A DNA stretch of 64,000 nt from an uncultured archaeon (GTDB lineage: Archaea; Iainarchaeota; Iainarchaeia; Iainarchaeales; 1-14-0-10-31-34), in contig CAYTYC010000002.1 of the NCBI GenBank assembly GCA_964442255.1, positions 730 through 64,729 of the forward strand. Reading direction: 5' to 3'. Positions 63,597-64,000 of the stretch are shown here, piece after piece. Each line of letters opens with the position of its first letter. Position 1 is the stretch's first letter. Made by a program: the position numbers and the translations under genes. The notes under the pieces were generated by a model. It ran no database searches. It was not told the DNA's origin and saw nothing but the letters and a program-made list of their open reading frames with translations.

Positions 63597-64000
63597 GGAC
63601 TTGGTTTTGGCTTTGGTTTTCCTTTCAGCTGTTTTTTCTTCAGCCGTGCTTGTGGTTTCCGAGCTGACAGAGCCGGCTGAAGCATTTAACGAGCTGAGCG
63701 GATTTTGGAGGGTTCCCCTTGGAATTTATCTTCTTCTTTTTCCGACAGGCTTTATCCTTTATTCCTTACTTTTCGTTAACAGGAAAACCGACGCACTTGA
63801 AATCTTTGGCTTAAGCATTGCTTTATCGGTTTCAACAATAACCCTTGCAGCGGTTATGGCTAACGTGTTGCTTTCTTTTCCACTTGGCCTTCTCCACAAC
63901 CTGTTGGTAATCAATGCCTTGAATGTGTTGTTTTACTTTTTGTTTGTTTTCAGGGAAAAAGTTTCCCCTATAATTTCCCACGCATTAGGCTACTATGAGT
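63553..64000 (+). CDS. Polytopic membrane protein, 3'-truncated by the window end.
   Basis: An ATG at about 63553 opens an ORF that runs to the window end and is hydrophobic throughout (LVLALVFLSAVFSSAVLVVSEL...). It overlaps the previous gene's 3' end by about 44 nt in another frame. Confidence 0.3.
   Translation, partial: MTGTFTGWITVKSLKDLVLALVFLSAVFSSAVLVVSELTEPAEAFNELSGFWRVPLGIYLLLFPTGFILYSLLFVNRKTDALEIFGLSIALSVSTITLAAVMANVLLSFPLGLLHNLLVINALNVLFYFLFVFREKVSPIISHALGYYE

Noticed and set aside
1-64000. CRISPR arrays, rRNA or tRNA genes, integrases, transposases or terminal inverted repeats marking a mobile element.
   Set aside because: Nothing of this kind was seen. Every gap over 100 nt was inspected, and none contains direct repeat arrays or recombinase ORFs.

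Overview
A 64-kb, ~45-48% GC, very gene-dense window holding about 60 genes, many with 4-nt ATGA start/stop overlaps that suggest operons. No rRNA, tRNA, CRISPR array, integrase or transposase was recognised.

An archaeal origin is most likely (probably an uncultivated, small-genome lineage). Several tandem genes carry class III, KGQ-type prepilin signals. There is a FlaI/TadA-type ATPase, a PAC2 proteasome-assembly-chaperone homologue, a TET/M42 aminopeptidase, and an AglD-like Dpm1-GT2/membrane-domain fusion. TATA-like boxes sit ~25-30 nt upstream of apparently leaderless starts, and T-run terminators are present. A CPR-type bacterium cannot be formally excluded, because one gene has a bacterial-style LSGC lipobox and one terminator is a hairpin plus T-tract.

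Layout:
- 1-3006: four to five tandem pilin-like genes.
- 2990-3751 (-): divergent charged protein with a double zinc ribbon.
- 3835-6135: compact ECF-type transporter (S component, fused tandem ATPase, T component).
- 6204-11270: small membrane protein plus a 1508-aa orphan surface protein (signal peptide, C-terminal TM anchor, many N-x-S/T sequons).
- 11438-13308 (-): PAC2 chaperone and M42 peptidase.
- 13392-16625 (-): pilus assembly set, with the membrane platform split into two T2SSF-domain genes and an ATPase carrying an N-terminal CxxCxxCxxxC motif.
- 16557-17390: a standalone RfaE-domain-II-like sugar-phosphate nucleotidyltransferase flanked by GC-rich hairpins.
- 17378-19372 (-): 664-aa surface protein with a Thr/Gly linker, a Cys-rich module and a TM anchor.
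- 19.9-64 kb: an unusually dense glycan biosynthesis/modification island. It holds ~8 GT2 (four of them Dpm1/GtrB/AglD-like), 7 GT4, 6-8 polytopic GT-C-like membrane glycosyltransferases with a shared acidic loop-1 motif, 3 Wzx-type flippases, and a UPF0104/MprF-like flippase-domain protein. It also holds 5 SAM methyltransferase genes (one tandem-domain), a B12-binding radical SAM, a radical SAM/SPASM enzyme, a NodU-type carbamoyltransferase, a CE4 deacetylase and a small EamA/SMR-like protein.

All functional calls rest on motifs read by eye from the translations. No database search was run.
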